This document shows, in pieces, positions 8,519 through 15,819 of a stretch of 19,997 nt of DNA (its first letter is position 1; each line of letters begins with the position of its first letter). The notes under the pieces are model-generated. The model searched no databases. It saw only the letters and a program-made list of their open reading frames with translations, and had not been told where the DNA came from. Source of the stretch: a bacterium (GTDB taxonomy: Bacteria > Hinthialibacterota > Hinthialibacteria > Hinthialibacterales > Hinthialibacteraceae); contig JBHGBC010000109.1 of the NCBI GenBank assembly GCA_041946805.1, forward strand, positions 1-19,997, written 5' to 3'. The position numbers were made by a program, and so were the translations under genes.

Positions 8519-9523
8519 ATGAAATCTGAAGAAATTGTCCGGCGCGCCATCGAGTTTCAAACCCCTCCCCGGCTGCCCTTTTACCAAAGCGGCATTCCGG
8601 GCGTGCCCAGCGACGTGTGGGAAATCCGCGAAATGGACCGGGCCAAGGCGGGATGGTTTTTCGACACGCCCGGCCTGGACGACTGGGGCTGCCGTTGGGC
8701 CGTCACGGACATCAAGAACATGGGCCAGGTCGTGGAGCATCCCCTGGCCGATGAGACCGCCATCGCCCGCTACCGGCCCCCCGATCCGCGCGATCCGTAT
8801 TATTACGAGCGGGTGGAATCCTTGCTGGAAGAAGCCGGAGACCGCTATGTGACCGTCACCTGCCACTTCAACCTCATCGAACGGCTGCACATGTTGCGGG
8901 GATTCGCCGCCGCCATGGAAGACTTCCACCTCGCGCCCGAACGGGTCGACCGGCTCCTGGACATGATCCTCGAGAACCGGCTCGGGCACTTGGAGGAACT
9001 GCGGCGGCGCTTCGGCAACGCCGTGCATGGCCTTTTCTTCACGGATGACTGGGGCACGCAGCGGGGGGCCTTCATCAGCCCCGCGATTTTCGACCGCTTT
9101 TTCGCCCCCCGCTACAAAGTCCTGTTCGGCGCGGTTCACCAAAACGGATGGCACGCCATCCTGCATTCCTGCGGCAAGGTCAACGCCCTGGTGCCGCGGT
9201 TGATCGCCGCGGGCGCCGATGTCCTGAACCTGCAGCAGCCGCGCGCCTATGGTTTGGTGGATTTCGGCGAGCGATTCAAGGGCCAGGTTTGTTTTTTAAC
9301 CACCGTGGATATCCAGGCCACGCTGCCCCGCGATGTGGAGGAAGATGTCCGCGAGGAAGCCCATCTCCTGGTGAATCATTGGAGCACGCCCCGGGGCGGC
9401 TTGATCATCTTCAACTACGGCGATCCCACGGCGTTGGGCATCAGCCACCGGATCACGTCCATCATGTTCGAGGAATTCGTGAACATCTCGCGCCGCTGGC
9501 CGGAATATCATGCCGGGGGATGA
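8519..9523 (+). CDS. Uroporphyrinogen decarboxylase (URO-D)/MtaA-CmuA-like family protein
   Basis: 334 aa. Motifs DDWG..W, HPL, ER..MLRG, TDDWGTQRGAFISP, LHSCG, GADVLNLQQP, DIQATL, GGLI. GGAG SD. Lacks the HemE N-terminal MRQAGR motif, so it is not hemE. Confidence 0.85.
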   Translation: MKSEEIVRRAIEFQTPPRLPFYQSGIPGVPSDVWEIREMDRAKAGWFFDTPGLDDWGCRWAVTDIKNMGQVVEHPLADETAIARYRPPDPRDPYYYERVESLLEEAGDRYVTVTCHFNLIERLHMLRGFAAAMEDFHLAPERVDRLLDMILENRLGHLEELRRRFGNAVHGLFFTDDWGTQRGAFISPAIFDRFFAPRYKVLFGAVHQNGWHAILHSCGKVNALVPRLIAAGADVLNLQQPRAYGLVDFGERFKGQVCFLTTVDIQATLPRDVEEDVREEAHLLVNHWSTPRGGLIIFNYGDPTALGISHRITSIMFEEFVNISRRWPEYHAGG

Positions 9524-9597
9524 ATATTCTTGCTTTTATTCATTTATGCGGACACCAAGATCCGCCTCTTCAAAAATTCCCTCACCCTTTTATGGAT

Positions 9598-9622
9598 GTC
9601 ATCCCCGCGAAAGCGGGGATCC
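9598..9622 (+). repeat. dRS3-like palindromic repeat GTC-ATCCCC-GCGAAAGC-GGGGAT-CC
   Basis: 8-bp stem with a GAAA tetraloop, matching the ATTCCC-N8-GGGAAT architecture (translates as VIPAKAGI). Confidence 0.7.
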
Positions 9623-9640
9623 CGTGCCATTTCTTGTTGA

Positions 9641-9714
9641 GGCACGTTTCCTGCAGGGGCACGTTTCCTGTAGGGGCACGTTTCCTGTAGGGGCACGTTG
9701 CAACGTGCCCCTAC
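9641..9714 (+). repeat. Three tandem 17-bp units running into a perfect 28-bp GTAG-REP palindrome
   Basis: GGCACGTTTCCTG(C/T)AGG at 9641, 9658 and 9675. GTAGGGGCACGTTGCAACGTGCCCCTAC at 9687-9714 is its own reverse complement. Confidence 0.92.
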
Positions 9715-9810
9715 TTTATTCACGCGGGAGGAAAGTCTGACCGATGCGGACACCTGGATGCACCGCTTAAAATTCCCTCACCTTTCCATGGATGTCATAT
9801 CGAAAGGACC

Positions 9811-9844
9811 AAAAAGAAAAAGGCCCGGTTCACGCGCCGGGCCT
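9811..9844 (-). terminator. Rho-independent terminator of the 9876-10628 gene
   Basis: Minus strand AGGCCCGG-cgcgtgaa-CCGGGCCT followed by TTTTCTTTTT, 31 nt after the stop codon. Confidence 0.85.
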
Positions 9845-9875
9845 ATGCCAATACATTGTACGATTGAATCCAATA

Positions 9876-10628
9876 CTACTTGAATATCTCCCAATTTTCC
9901 GCGGATGACGCAATCCCGACCGGCGCGCCCAGGTACACATCGCTCACTTCGGCGGTGACAAGGGCTGTGTCCGACGTGTGGGATGTGATACACAGCCCAT
10001 ACGCCACGGTATCCTGCATGGTGATGGTTTTTATGGTATGCACAAAATACCACGTCTTTCCATCATTGGAATACTCGGACACGAACACGTTGTTCGGCAG
10101 CCGGGTGGCGCGCAACCAAATACCCGCCGGAGTACCCACAAAATTGCCACCCACTTTAAATTCAATATTGAGGGAATCCGCGCCTTCCGTGGGACGCCAC
10201 TGCGGATCGATCCGGTCGCCCAGAGCGGGATTACCCGCGCCGCAGCGCAATTCGATCCAGTAATGCTTGGATTCGGGCACATCGCCTTTTTCCCGGATCA
10301 TGACGCCGACTTTGGCCCAATCGCTGCCACCCGCGGCATCCCCTTTGGCATCGATCCATTTCACCTTGGCGGAAATGGTTTGTGGCCCAGCGAGTTCCGT
10401 GTAGACGAAGTACGCCTCGTCACCCTTGCCCCAAACATCAGCGCCGTTCCCCTTCATGGTATAAACACCGTTACTTTCGGTGGCGCTGCCCGCCGTGACC
10501 GCATGGGTATTCGACGCCGTGTCCAAGTTGACCGCTTTCGGGAAAATGCCGACTTGCGCCATCGCTCCGCTTCCGGCCAGCAACATCAAGCAGGCCAGAA
10601 TTCCCATCACTCTGAATGACTTTTGCAT
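9876..10628 (-). CDS. Secreted beta-sandwich (ConA-like/DUF1349-like) protein with a C-terminal Trp-containing tail
   Basis: 250 aa. Signal peptide MQKSFRVMGILACLMLLAGSGAMA. Motifs GNGADVWG..DE..FVY, WAKVGVMIRE, WLR..R, YSNDGKTW, YGLCITSH. Strong SD GGAGGT, with its own promoter and terminator. Ends PVGIASSAENWEIFK. Confidence 0.85.
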   Translation of the reverse strand: MQKSFRVMGILACLMLLAGSGAMAQVGIFPKAVNLDTASNTHAVTAGSATESNGVYTMKGNGADVWGKGDEAYFVYTELAGPQTISAKVKWIDAKGDAAGGSDWAKVGVMIREKGDVPESKHYWIELRCGAGNPALGDRIDPQWRPTEGADSLNIEFKVGGNFVGTPAGIWLRATRLPNNVFVSEYSNDGKTWYFVHTIKTITMQDTVAYGLCITSHTSDTALVTAEVSDVYLGAPVGIASSAENWEIFK

Positions 10629-10752
10629 AGGTTGTACCTCCCCTTCGAATAAGGTGATTAATGCTCTGGATTGAGCCGGCCGTGCAGAGCTCCCTCCTGG
10701 GCAAATGATTCATATTTCGTCTAGGAAAGAACTCCTGCCTACCGAAACCAAC

Positions 10753-10786
10753 CTCATTCTCTCATAGATTCGATTGAAAGGTCAAT
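10753..10786 (-). promoter_or_regulatory. Putative sigma70-type promoter TTGACC-N18-GAGAAT with extended -10 TG and an upstream A-tract
   Basis: Minus strand ATTGACC-tttcaatcgaatct-ATGAGAGAATGAG, same spacing as 770-803. A-rich tract at about 10810-10822. Confidence 0.7.
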
Positions 10787-10874
10787 CCATAAAATAGATT
10801 TATGCAAGATTTTTTTTCTTTTACGATCGGCCTCCCCCGGCGAAGGAAGGCAGGTTGGGGGTGTTTCATGATCA

Positions 10875-10898
10875 AAAAAAGTTAAGTTGAACTTTTTT
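10875..10898. promoter_or_regulatory. AT-rich perfect inverted repeat (operator-like or weak terminator)
   Basis: AAAAAAGTT-aagttg-AACTTTTTT, 9-bp perfect arms. Confidence 0.4.
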
Positions 10899-11034
10899 AG
10901 GATATTATGCAGTGGTTCCCCATCTCCCCGCCTCTACGCTCCAAAGGTCGATGATCCATCATGCGTTTATTCGCAGCGGAATCCCTGGCCCCACGCCCCT
11001 TTTTTCTTTCTAAAAATTGATCGTGACCTTTCTC

Positions 11035-12753
11035 TTATTTAGCCTTGACACGCTTGACAATCTCCTCCGCCAGTCTATGGCGTAAATCCGTCAACCGGTC
11101 CGGATCGGATTTCCATGATCCCCACGTGGGAACCGCCTGCCGGACGATCTCGTCCACGGCGGACTTGCCTCCACGCTGTTCGAGCAGGACAAAATACTCG
11201 TAATCCTCCATGCCGTCGCGCAGGGCTTTCAGCCGCAGGCTGGCGATGGGCCCGGCGATCCCCGCGTCACCGCCCGGATAAAACAAGGCCCCATCCCCGT
11301 TCCAGCGCAGGCGGAAGCCCGGATCATCCCAGGGATCGCGCCGGGGAGCCTGCCAAAAGACCGTGGACCAATACAACAAACCGGTGATGCCGTACCGGCG
11401 GTTGAGCCATGGCGCGATCCGGTAGGCGGTGAGGGGAAAATCGATTTCCCAATACGGCGGATTGTCGTTCTTCACCTCGGCGTACCGGGGATGATACCCG
11501 GCGGCCACCTGCACCAGGGCGGAATAGCTCCACACGTCATCCCCTTGCGCCTGGACCCGTTTGACGCTTTCTTCCTCGATGAAGCCGAAGAGCGGGCACC
11601 AGATGTCGATCGCGCCATCCAGCACGCCCCAGGCGGGATCCTGCGTATAGGGCTGTTCGACCACCAGGCGGCGGATCCGCGGTTCCGCCGCCTTCAGCAA
11701 CGCGCCGAGCTGCCGCACCCGTTCGTACTCCGAGGCGTCGTTCGGCTCATCCAGCATGTAATGATAGGCCCTGGCTCCCCAGCCTTTCGAATCCAGATAA
11801 GCGTACCAGGAACGGTAGAACCGGATGGCCTTGGGGCGGTCCGCGCCCGACGCGTCGCCGAACGGCGCGCGGGGGATTTCGAGATTGGTCACATGCAGGC
11901 GGTTGACGAATTCCGTGATTTGCCGGTCCAAATCCTCCGTCATGAGGATCGAACCGTCCTCGGCGGTTTGTGGAAGAAAACGGGAGGGTAACGGAGGATT
12001 GATCCGGTGCGCGGCCATCATCTCCGCGTACCGGTCTTCCAACTGCTGAAATTCCATTGAATCGCGTTCGAGATTATGGTACCGCGCCACGTAGCCGAAG
12101 CCGCCGAAGTGGTTCTCATGCGTCGGACCCGCCGGCAGCGCGAAATCCCAAACCGTCAGTTGAATGGGTAATGACACGGATTCCGTGTTTCGCGCCCGGA
12201 CCCGAATTTCTCCCCTATACACCCCGGCCGGGGCATCGGCGGGAACAATTACGTCGATCCACAACGGCTGATGTTGGTCCTGCCAGAGATCGAATTCTGC
12301 CGCGCCGAAGCGGTGCTTGGGGGCGTTCTCGTCATCCCATTGGGGAACCCGCACCGGCTCGCCCGTATAGGGATCCCGGAAGGGAATCAGCGGATCGGGG
12401 AACAAGCCCGGCGCCTCCGTGGCCCGGGGAGAGGAATAGCGCACCCGGACATATTCCTCCCGGTACAGCACGATATGGTCCCCGGGGATTTCGCCCCGCT
12501 CGCCGCGCAGGGGAGTCACCTCCGCCTCGACGCCACGCAGATTTCCGTCCCGCGCCGTCACCACCGCTTGAAACGATTCCACTTCGTTTTGGGCGCAGGC
12601 GATTTCGGCCCGGTCTTTCCCCTGCCATTCTCCCGTCATGCCAACGCGGACACCGGATGAAAACGCCGAGAGTTGAATCCGGGGCTCGCTCCACGACGAC
12701 AGGGATAGACAAGTGGTTAACAACAGGAATAGAGGAATCTTCATGGAACGCAT
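11035..12753 (-). CDS. Secreted DUF4091-domain glycoside hydrolase-like protein (GH123-related)
   Basis: 572 aa. Signal peptide, AQNEVESFQ, FPDPLIP, PLWIDVIVP..APAGVYRG, LTVWDF.LP, YMLDEP, IDIWCP, GLLYW, NGDGALFYPG, SLRLKALRDGMEDYEY (DUF4091 signature). SD AAGGAGGT. Confidence 0.88.
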   Translation of the reverse strand: MRSMKIPLFLLLTTCLSLSSWSEPRIQLSAFSSGVRVGMTGEWQGKDRAEIACAQNEVESFQAVVTARDGNLRGVEAEVTPLRGERGEIPGDHIVLYREEYVRVRYSSPRATEAPGLFPDPLIPFRDPYTGEPVRVPQWDDENAPKHRFGAAEFDLWQDQHQPLWIDVIVPADAPAGVYRGEIRVRARNTESVSLPIQLTVWDFALPAGPTHENHFGGFGYVARYHNLERDSMEFQQLEDRYAEMMAAHRINPPLPSRFLPQTAEDGSILMTEDLDRQITEFVNRLHVTNLEIPRAPFGDASGADRPKAIRFYRSWYAYLDSKGWGARAYHYMLDEPNDASEYERVRQLGALLKAAEPRIRRLVVEQPYTQDPAWGVLDGAIDIWCPLFGFIEEESVKRVQAQGDDVWSYSALVQVAAGYHPRYAEVKNDNPPYWEIDFPLTAYRIAPWLNRRYGITGLLYWSTVFWQAPRRDPWDDPGFRLRWNGDGALFYPGGDAGIAGPIASLRLKALRDGMEDYEYFVLLEQRGGKSAVDEIVRQAVPTWGSWKSDPDRLTDLRHRLAEEIVKRVKAK

Positions 12754-12790
12754 ACGGTTTACCTCCTTACCGGGCAGTTTCTATTGGAAA

Positions 12791-12818
12791 GTAGGGGCAC
12801 GTTGCCACGTGCCCCTGC
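12791..12818 (+). repeat. GTAG-type REP palindrome (second copy)
   Basis: GTAGGGGCACGTTGCCACGTGCCCCTGC, 26/28 identical to 9687-9714. Confidence 0.88.
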
Positions 12819-12876
12819 AAGCGTCGGCCATTCGTGGCGGAGTGAAACGGTGCAAGTATCTTGTTCGACACGATTT

Positions 12877-12909
12877 CCCTCACCCTGGCCCTCTCCCAGA
12901 GGGAGAGGG
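12877..12909 (+). repeat. Intrastrand triplex motif (BoxC/PIT-like) copy 3, consensus
   Basis: CCCTCACCCTGGCCCTCTCCCAGAGGGAGAGGG flanked by TTT/AAA. Exact reverse complement of 19944-19976. Confidence 0.92.
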
Positions 12910-12979
12910 AAAAGTCAGGAGTGTTTTCTTGATGAAATACGCGCCGTCCGCCAAGCCAGCCTTGACTTGAGATTTCCTC

Positions 12980-14356
12980 TCACCACCCGTATTTTTCGGG
13001 GCCCCAGGCGGCGCGGACCTGCTCTTGCTTCACGTACACCAGGGAGTTGTTGGGGAGATCCTCCTGGAGAATGACGCCCGGGCCCACGATGCTGTAGGCT
13101 CCCACCTTGACTCCGGGCATGAGGATGGCGTTGACGCCGGTGCGGGTGTAGTCGCCCATATAGGCGGCGTTGGCCGAGTTGGAGACGGGTATCTCGCGGC
13201 GGCCTTTGATCCGGTGGATGGTGTTTTGGTCATCGAAACGCAGGTTGCCGCAGACGGTGGCCGCCCCCAGATCGGATGAGCGGCCGATGATGCCCCAATA
13301 TTCGCCGTAGTGATACGAATACGCCCCGTCCATCAGGATGCCGCTGAACTCGGCGGCATGGCCGATCACGCACCGGTTGCCGATGGATGAGCCCTCGCCC
13401 ACCAGGCAATACTCGCGGAGGACCGCATCACCGCCCACGGAGCAATTGCCGCCCAGCATCGCGCCGTCGATGATGCGGCTGTTTTTGCCTACCCACAGGT
13501 TGCCGCGGATTTTCACGCCCTTCCCGATCACCGCTCCCTCCCCCGCGATGATGTAGCCCTCGACTTCCGCGCCGGGATCGACCCGGGCGCTCTCGGCGAT
13601 GTCATTGCCAGCGAGCCGCGAGCCGATCCACGCGAGAAAGGCGGTGTTGGCGTCCAGGTAGTGCCAGGGCTTGTCGAGGTCGGCGTACAAGTGCTGGGTT
13701 TCCACCGCGTGGAGCGGATCGCCGTTCTGGATCGAACGGCTGAGCGATTCGGCCAGTTCGGCTTCGTGCGGCGGCATGTTGCCCACCTCGACCGAGGTCA
13801 TCAGGCCCGGATGGTTCACGAGATACGGGGTGATGTCACGCGAGAGAACATACAGCCCGCACAACCGGTGTGTGGCCTCGCGGGGATGGCCGAGAATACG
13901 GCTCACCCGGTCTTCCTGCAGGTTGGCGCAAAGCCACTCATGAGGGGGGAGATTCCCCAGCGGCTGGACCAGCGCGGCGTGGCCGTTGGATTCCCGCGCC
14001 CGGTCCAACAAGGGCTGGAGGTCATCGCGGGTGTAAAGGATATCCCCATACGCCACCACGATGCGTTCGGCTTTCGCGCACGCCAGGCCGCATAGAAGCG
14101 AATCGGCGGTGCCGTGCGGCTGCTTGTGTTCGACGCATTCCACGCCCGTCAGTCCCGCCACGGCCGCGCGGACCTGGCCGCCCAGGTGCCCAGTGACCAC
14201 CACGATGTGCTTGATCCCGCAGGCTTGCAGCGCCTGGATCTGCCATTCGATCACCGGCCGGTTGGCGATGGGCAGGGCCGCCTTGGGCCAGGTATCGCCA
14301 TACGGCCACATCTTGGTTCCCCGCCCCGCCGCGAGAATGATCGCTGTGTCGATCAT
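12980..14356 (-). CDS. Bifunctional sugar-1-phosphate nucleotidyltransferase / left-handed beta-helix acyltransferase (archaeal GlmU-like)
   Basis: AIILAAGRGTKM......PK, GTADSL, YGD, DLDKPWHYLDAN, hexapeptide repeats, GAATVCGNLRFDD, GVNAILMPGVKVG. SD GGAGG. Confidence 0.88.
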   Translation of the reverse strand: MIDTAIILAAGRGTKMWPYGDTWPKAALPIANRPVIEWQIQALQACGIKHIVVVTGHLGGQVRAAVAGLTGVECVEHKQPHGTADSLLCGLACAKAERIVVAYGDILYTRDDLQPLLDRARESNGHAALVQPLGNLPPHEWLCANLQEDRVSRILGHPREATHRLCGLYVLSRDITPYLVNHPGLMTSVEVGNMPPHEAELAESLSRSIQNGDPLHAVETQHLYADLDKPWHYLDANTAFLAWIGSRLAGNDIAESARVDPGAEVEGYIIAGEGAVIGKGVKIRGNLWVGKNSRIIDGAMLGGNCSVGGDAVLREYCLVGEGSSIGNRCVIGHAAEFSGILMDGAYSYHYGEYWGIIGRSSDLGAATVCGNLRFDDQNTIHRIKGRREIPVSNSANAAYMGDYTRTGVNAILMPGVKVGAYSIVGPGVILQEDLPNNSLVYVKQEQVRAAWGPEKYGW

Positions 14357-14387
14357 GGCGATTTTCCCCTCCTCCGGAAGGAGGCAA

Positions 14388-15614
14388 TCACAACGCCTCG
14401 TCCACGTGGGTTTTGATTTTGCGGATGGCCTCGGCGATGTCTTCCATGTCCTTCTTGGGGCCGAGAAACATGTTCTGAGTCAACCAGACGGCTTCCTCCC
14501 TACAAACCCGCTCGCATACCGGGCAGATGCCGGACCGGTAATCCCCCCGGCCTTCGTACAACGCCTTGTAGGTGGAAAGTTTTTCCGCAAGATGCTGGAA
14601 AAAGTGAAACTCATAGAGGGGGATATACCCGGAGGAGCACTCGATCCCCTCTTTCTGCATCGCCTCGATGAAACGCTTCTTGGGCAGGCCTTTGAAATCT
14701 TCCGGGTGATATTGCAGCACCCCGAGATGGTACACATGCCGGGTGGCCCCCTTATGCGTTCCGGCGAGTTTGACGCCTCCCACGGAATTCAACAGGCCCG
14801 CGAGGTAGCACGCGTTTTCCTCGCGGCGTTTCATTTGTTCCTCGACGCGCTCGAGTCCCACCAGCAGCAACGCGGCCTGAAATCCGCCCAGGCGGTGGTT
14901 GCCGGCCACCTCGTGATGCTCGTACCACTGGCCGTGGCGCACGCGCCCGCAGTTGGTGAAGCTGCGGAGTTTCTCGGCCAGGTCCTCGTTGTCGGTGACG
15001 GTTGCGCCGCCCTCGCCGCTGGACAGGTTTTTGGTGGTCTGGAAGGAAAACGTGCCGCAGTCGCCGAGGGCGCCCACCCGGCGGCCTTTCCACGCGGCCC
15101 CGTGCGCCTGGGCGGCGTCTTCGAGCACTTTCAGAGCATGTTTCTTGGCGAGAGCCAGAATGCCGTCCATGTCGGCGGGATTGCCGGCGATGTGCACGGG
15201 GATGATGGCCTTGGTGCGCGGGGTGACTTTGGCTTCCGCGGATTTCGGGTCGATATTGTACGTTTCGGGATCGATATCCGCGAACACGGGGATGGCGTTG
15301 GCCATGAGCACGGCCACGGCGGTAGCCATGAAGGTATAGGGCGGGATGATCACCTCGTCCCCCGCGCCCACGCCCAGGGCCTGGAGACCGATAAGGATCG
15401 CGTCGGTCCCATTGGTGCAGGCCACCGCGTGTCGGGCCTGGCAGAACTCGGCGAAACGCTTCTCGAAGGCATCGATGGAAGGAGATCCGATCCCCCATTC
15501 GCCCGCTTCCAACTCGCGGATGAGGGCTTGCTTGTCCCGGTCGTCGTATACCGGCCAGGGATGAAACGGTTCGGTCCGGACCGGGGTCCCACCCCGGAGA
15601 GCCAAGTGAGCCAT
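14388..15614 (-). CDS. DegT/DnrJ/EryC1/StrS PLP-dependent aminotransferase (AHBA-synthase/BtrR-like subgroup)
   Basis: Start moved to ATG 15614 (MAHLALRGGTPVR, SD AAGGAG). Motifs NGTDA, GDEVIIPPYTFMAT, IIPVHIAG, EDAAQAHGA, and SFQTTKNLSSGEGG containing the PLP lysine. Confidence 0.93.
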   Translation of the reverse strand: MAHLALRGGTPVRTEPFHPWPVYDDRDKQALIRELEAGEWGIGSPSIDAFEKRFAEFCQARHAVACTNGTDAILIGLQALGVGAGDEVIIPPYTFMATAVAVLMANAIPVFADIDPETYNIDPKSAEAKVTPRTKAIIPVHIAGNPADMDGILALAKKHALKVLEDAAQAHGAAWKGRRVGALGDCGTFSFQTTKNLSSGEGGATVTDNEDLAEKLRSFTNCGRVRHGQWYEHHEVAGNHRLGGFQAALLLVGLERVEEQMKRREENACYLAGLLNSVGGVKLAGTHKGATRHVYHLGVLQYHPEDFKGLPKKRFIEAMQKEGIECSSGYIPLYEFHFFQHLAEKLSTYKALYEGRGDYRSGICPVCERVCREEAVWLTQNMFLGPKKDMEDIAEAIRKIKTHVDEAL

Positions 15615-15819
15615 GATGGTTGTTCTCCTTGAATCGCTATAAAATCGACCGGTGGTTCTTTGAATTTCAGGCCTATCCAAGGTACTGAAAAACCGGGGGA
15701 ATATCAAGCGATCCTTGGATATCCGGCCAGGTAGGTTCATGCCAAAATGAAAGGTTATAGAATAAACCGATGGCCAATCACTCGTCTGGATCCATGACGA
15801 AAAAAGAAAGGAAATTCCA

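Larger units (their letters stand above)
9546..9798. repeat. Mosaic repeat block bounded by imperfect 55-57 bp direct repeats (9546-9602 and 9744-9798)
   Basis: ATGCGGACACCaaGATcCgCCtCTTcaAAAATTCCCTCACCcTTttATGGATGTCAT versus ATGCGGACACCtgGATgCaCCgCTT--AAAATTCCCTCACCtTTccATGGATGTCAT. Confidence 0.8.

Noticed and set aside
8519..9523. hemE assignment
   Set aside because: Lacks the HemE N-terminal RQAGR motif and has HxC instead.
9546..9798. Possible CRISPR array
   Set aside because: The 17-bp units are contiguous without spacers, the long repeats number only two and are diverged, and no cas genes are present.
10831..10863. CCTCCCCC...GAAGG...GGTTGGGGGTG, a possible sixth triplex element
   Set aside because: Too degenerate to align confidently with the consensus.
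12980..15614. Antibiotic (AHBA/aminoglycoside) biosynthetic cluster, or a glmU symbol
   Set aside because: No cyclase, kinase, phosphatase, PKS or resistance genes are nearby, and the motif changes make orthology to glmU uncertain.
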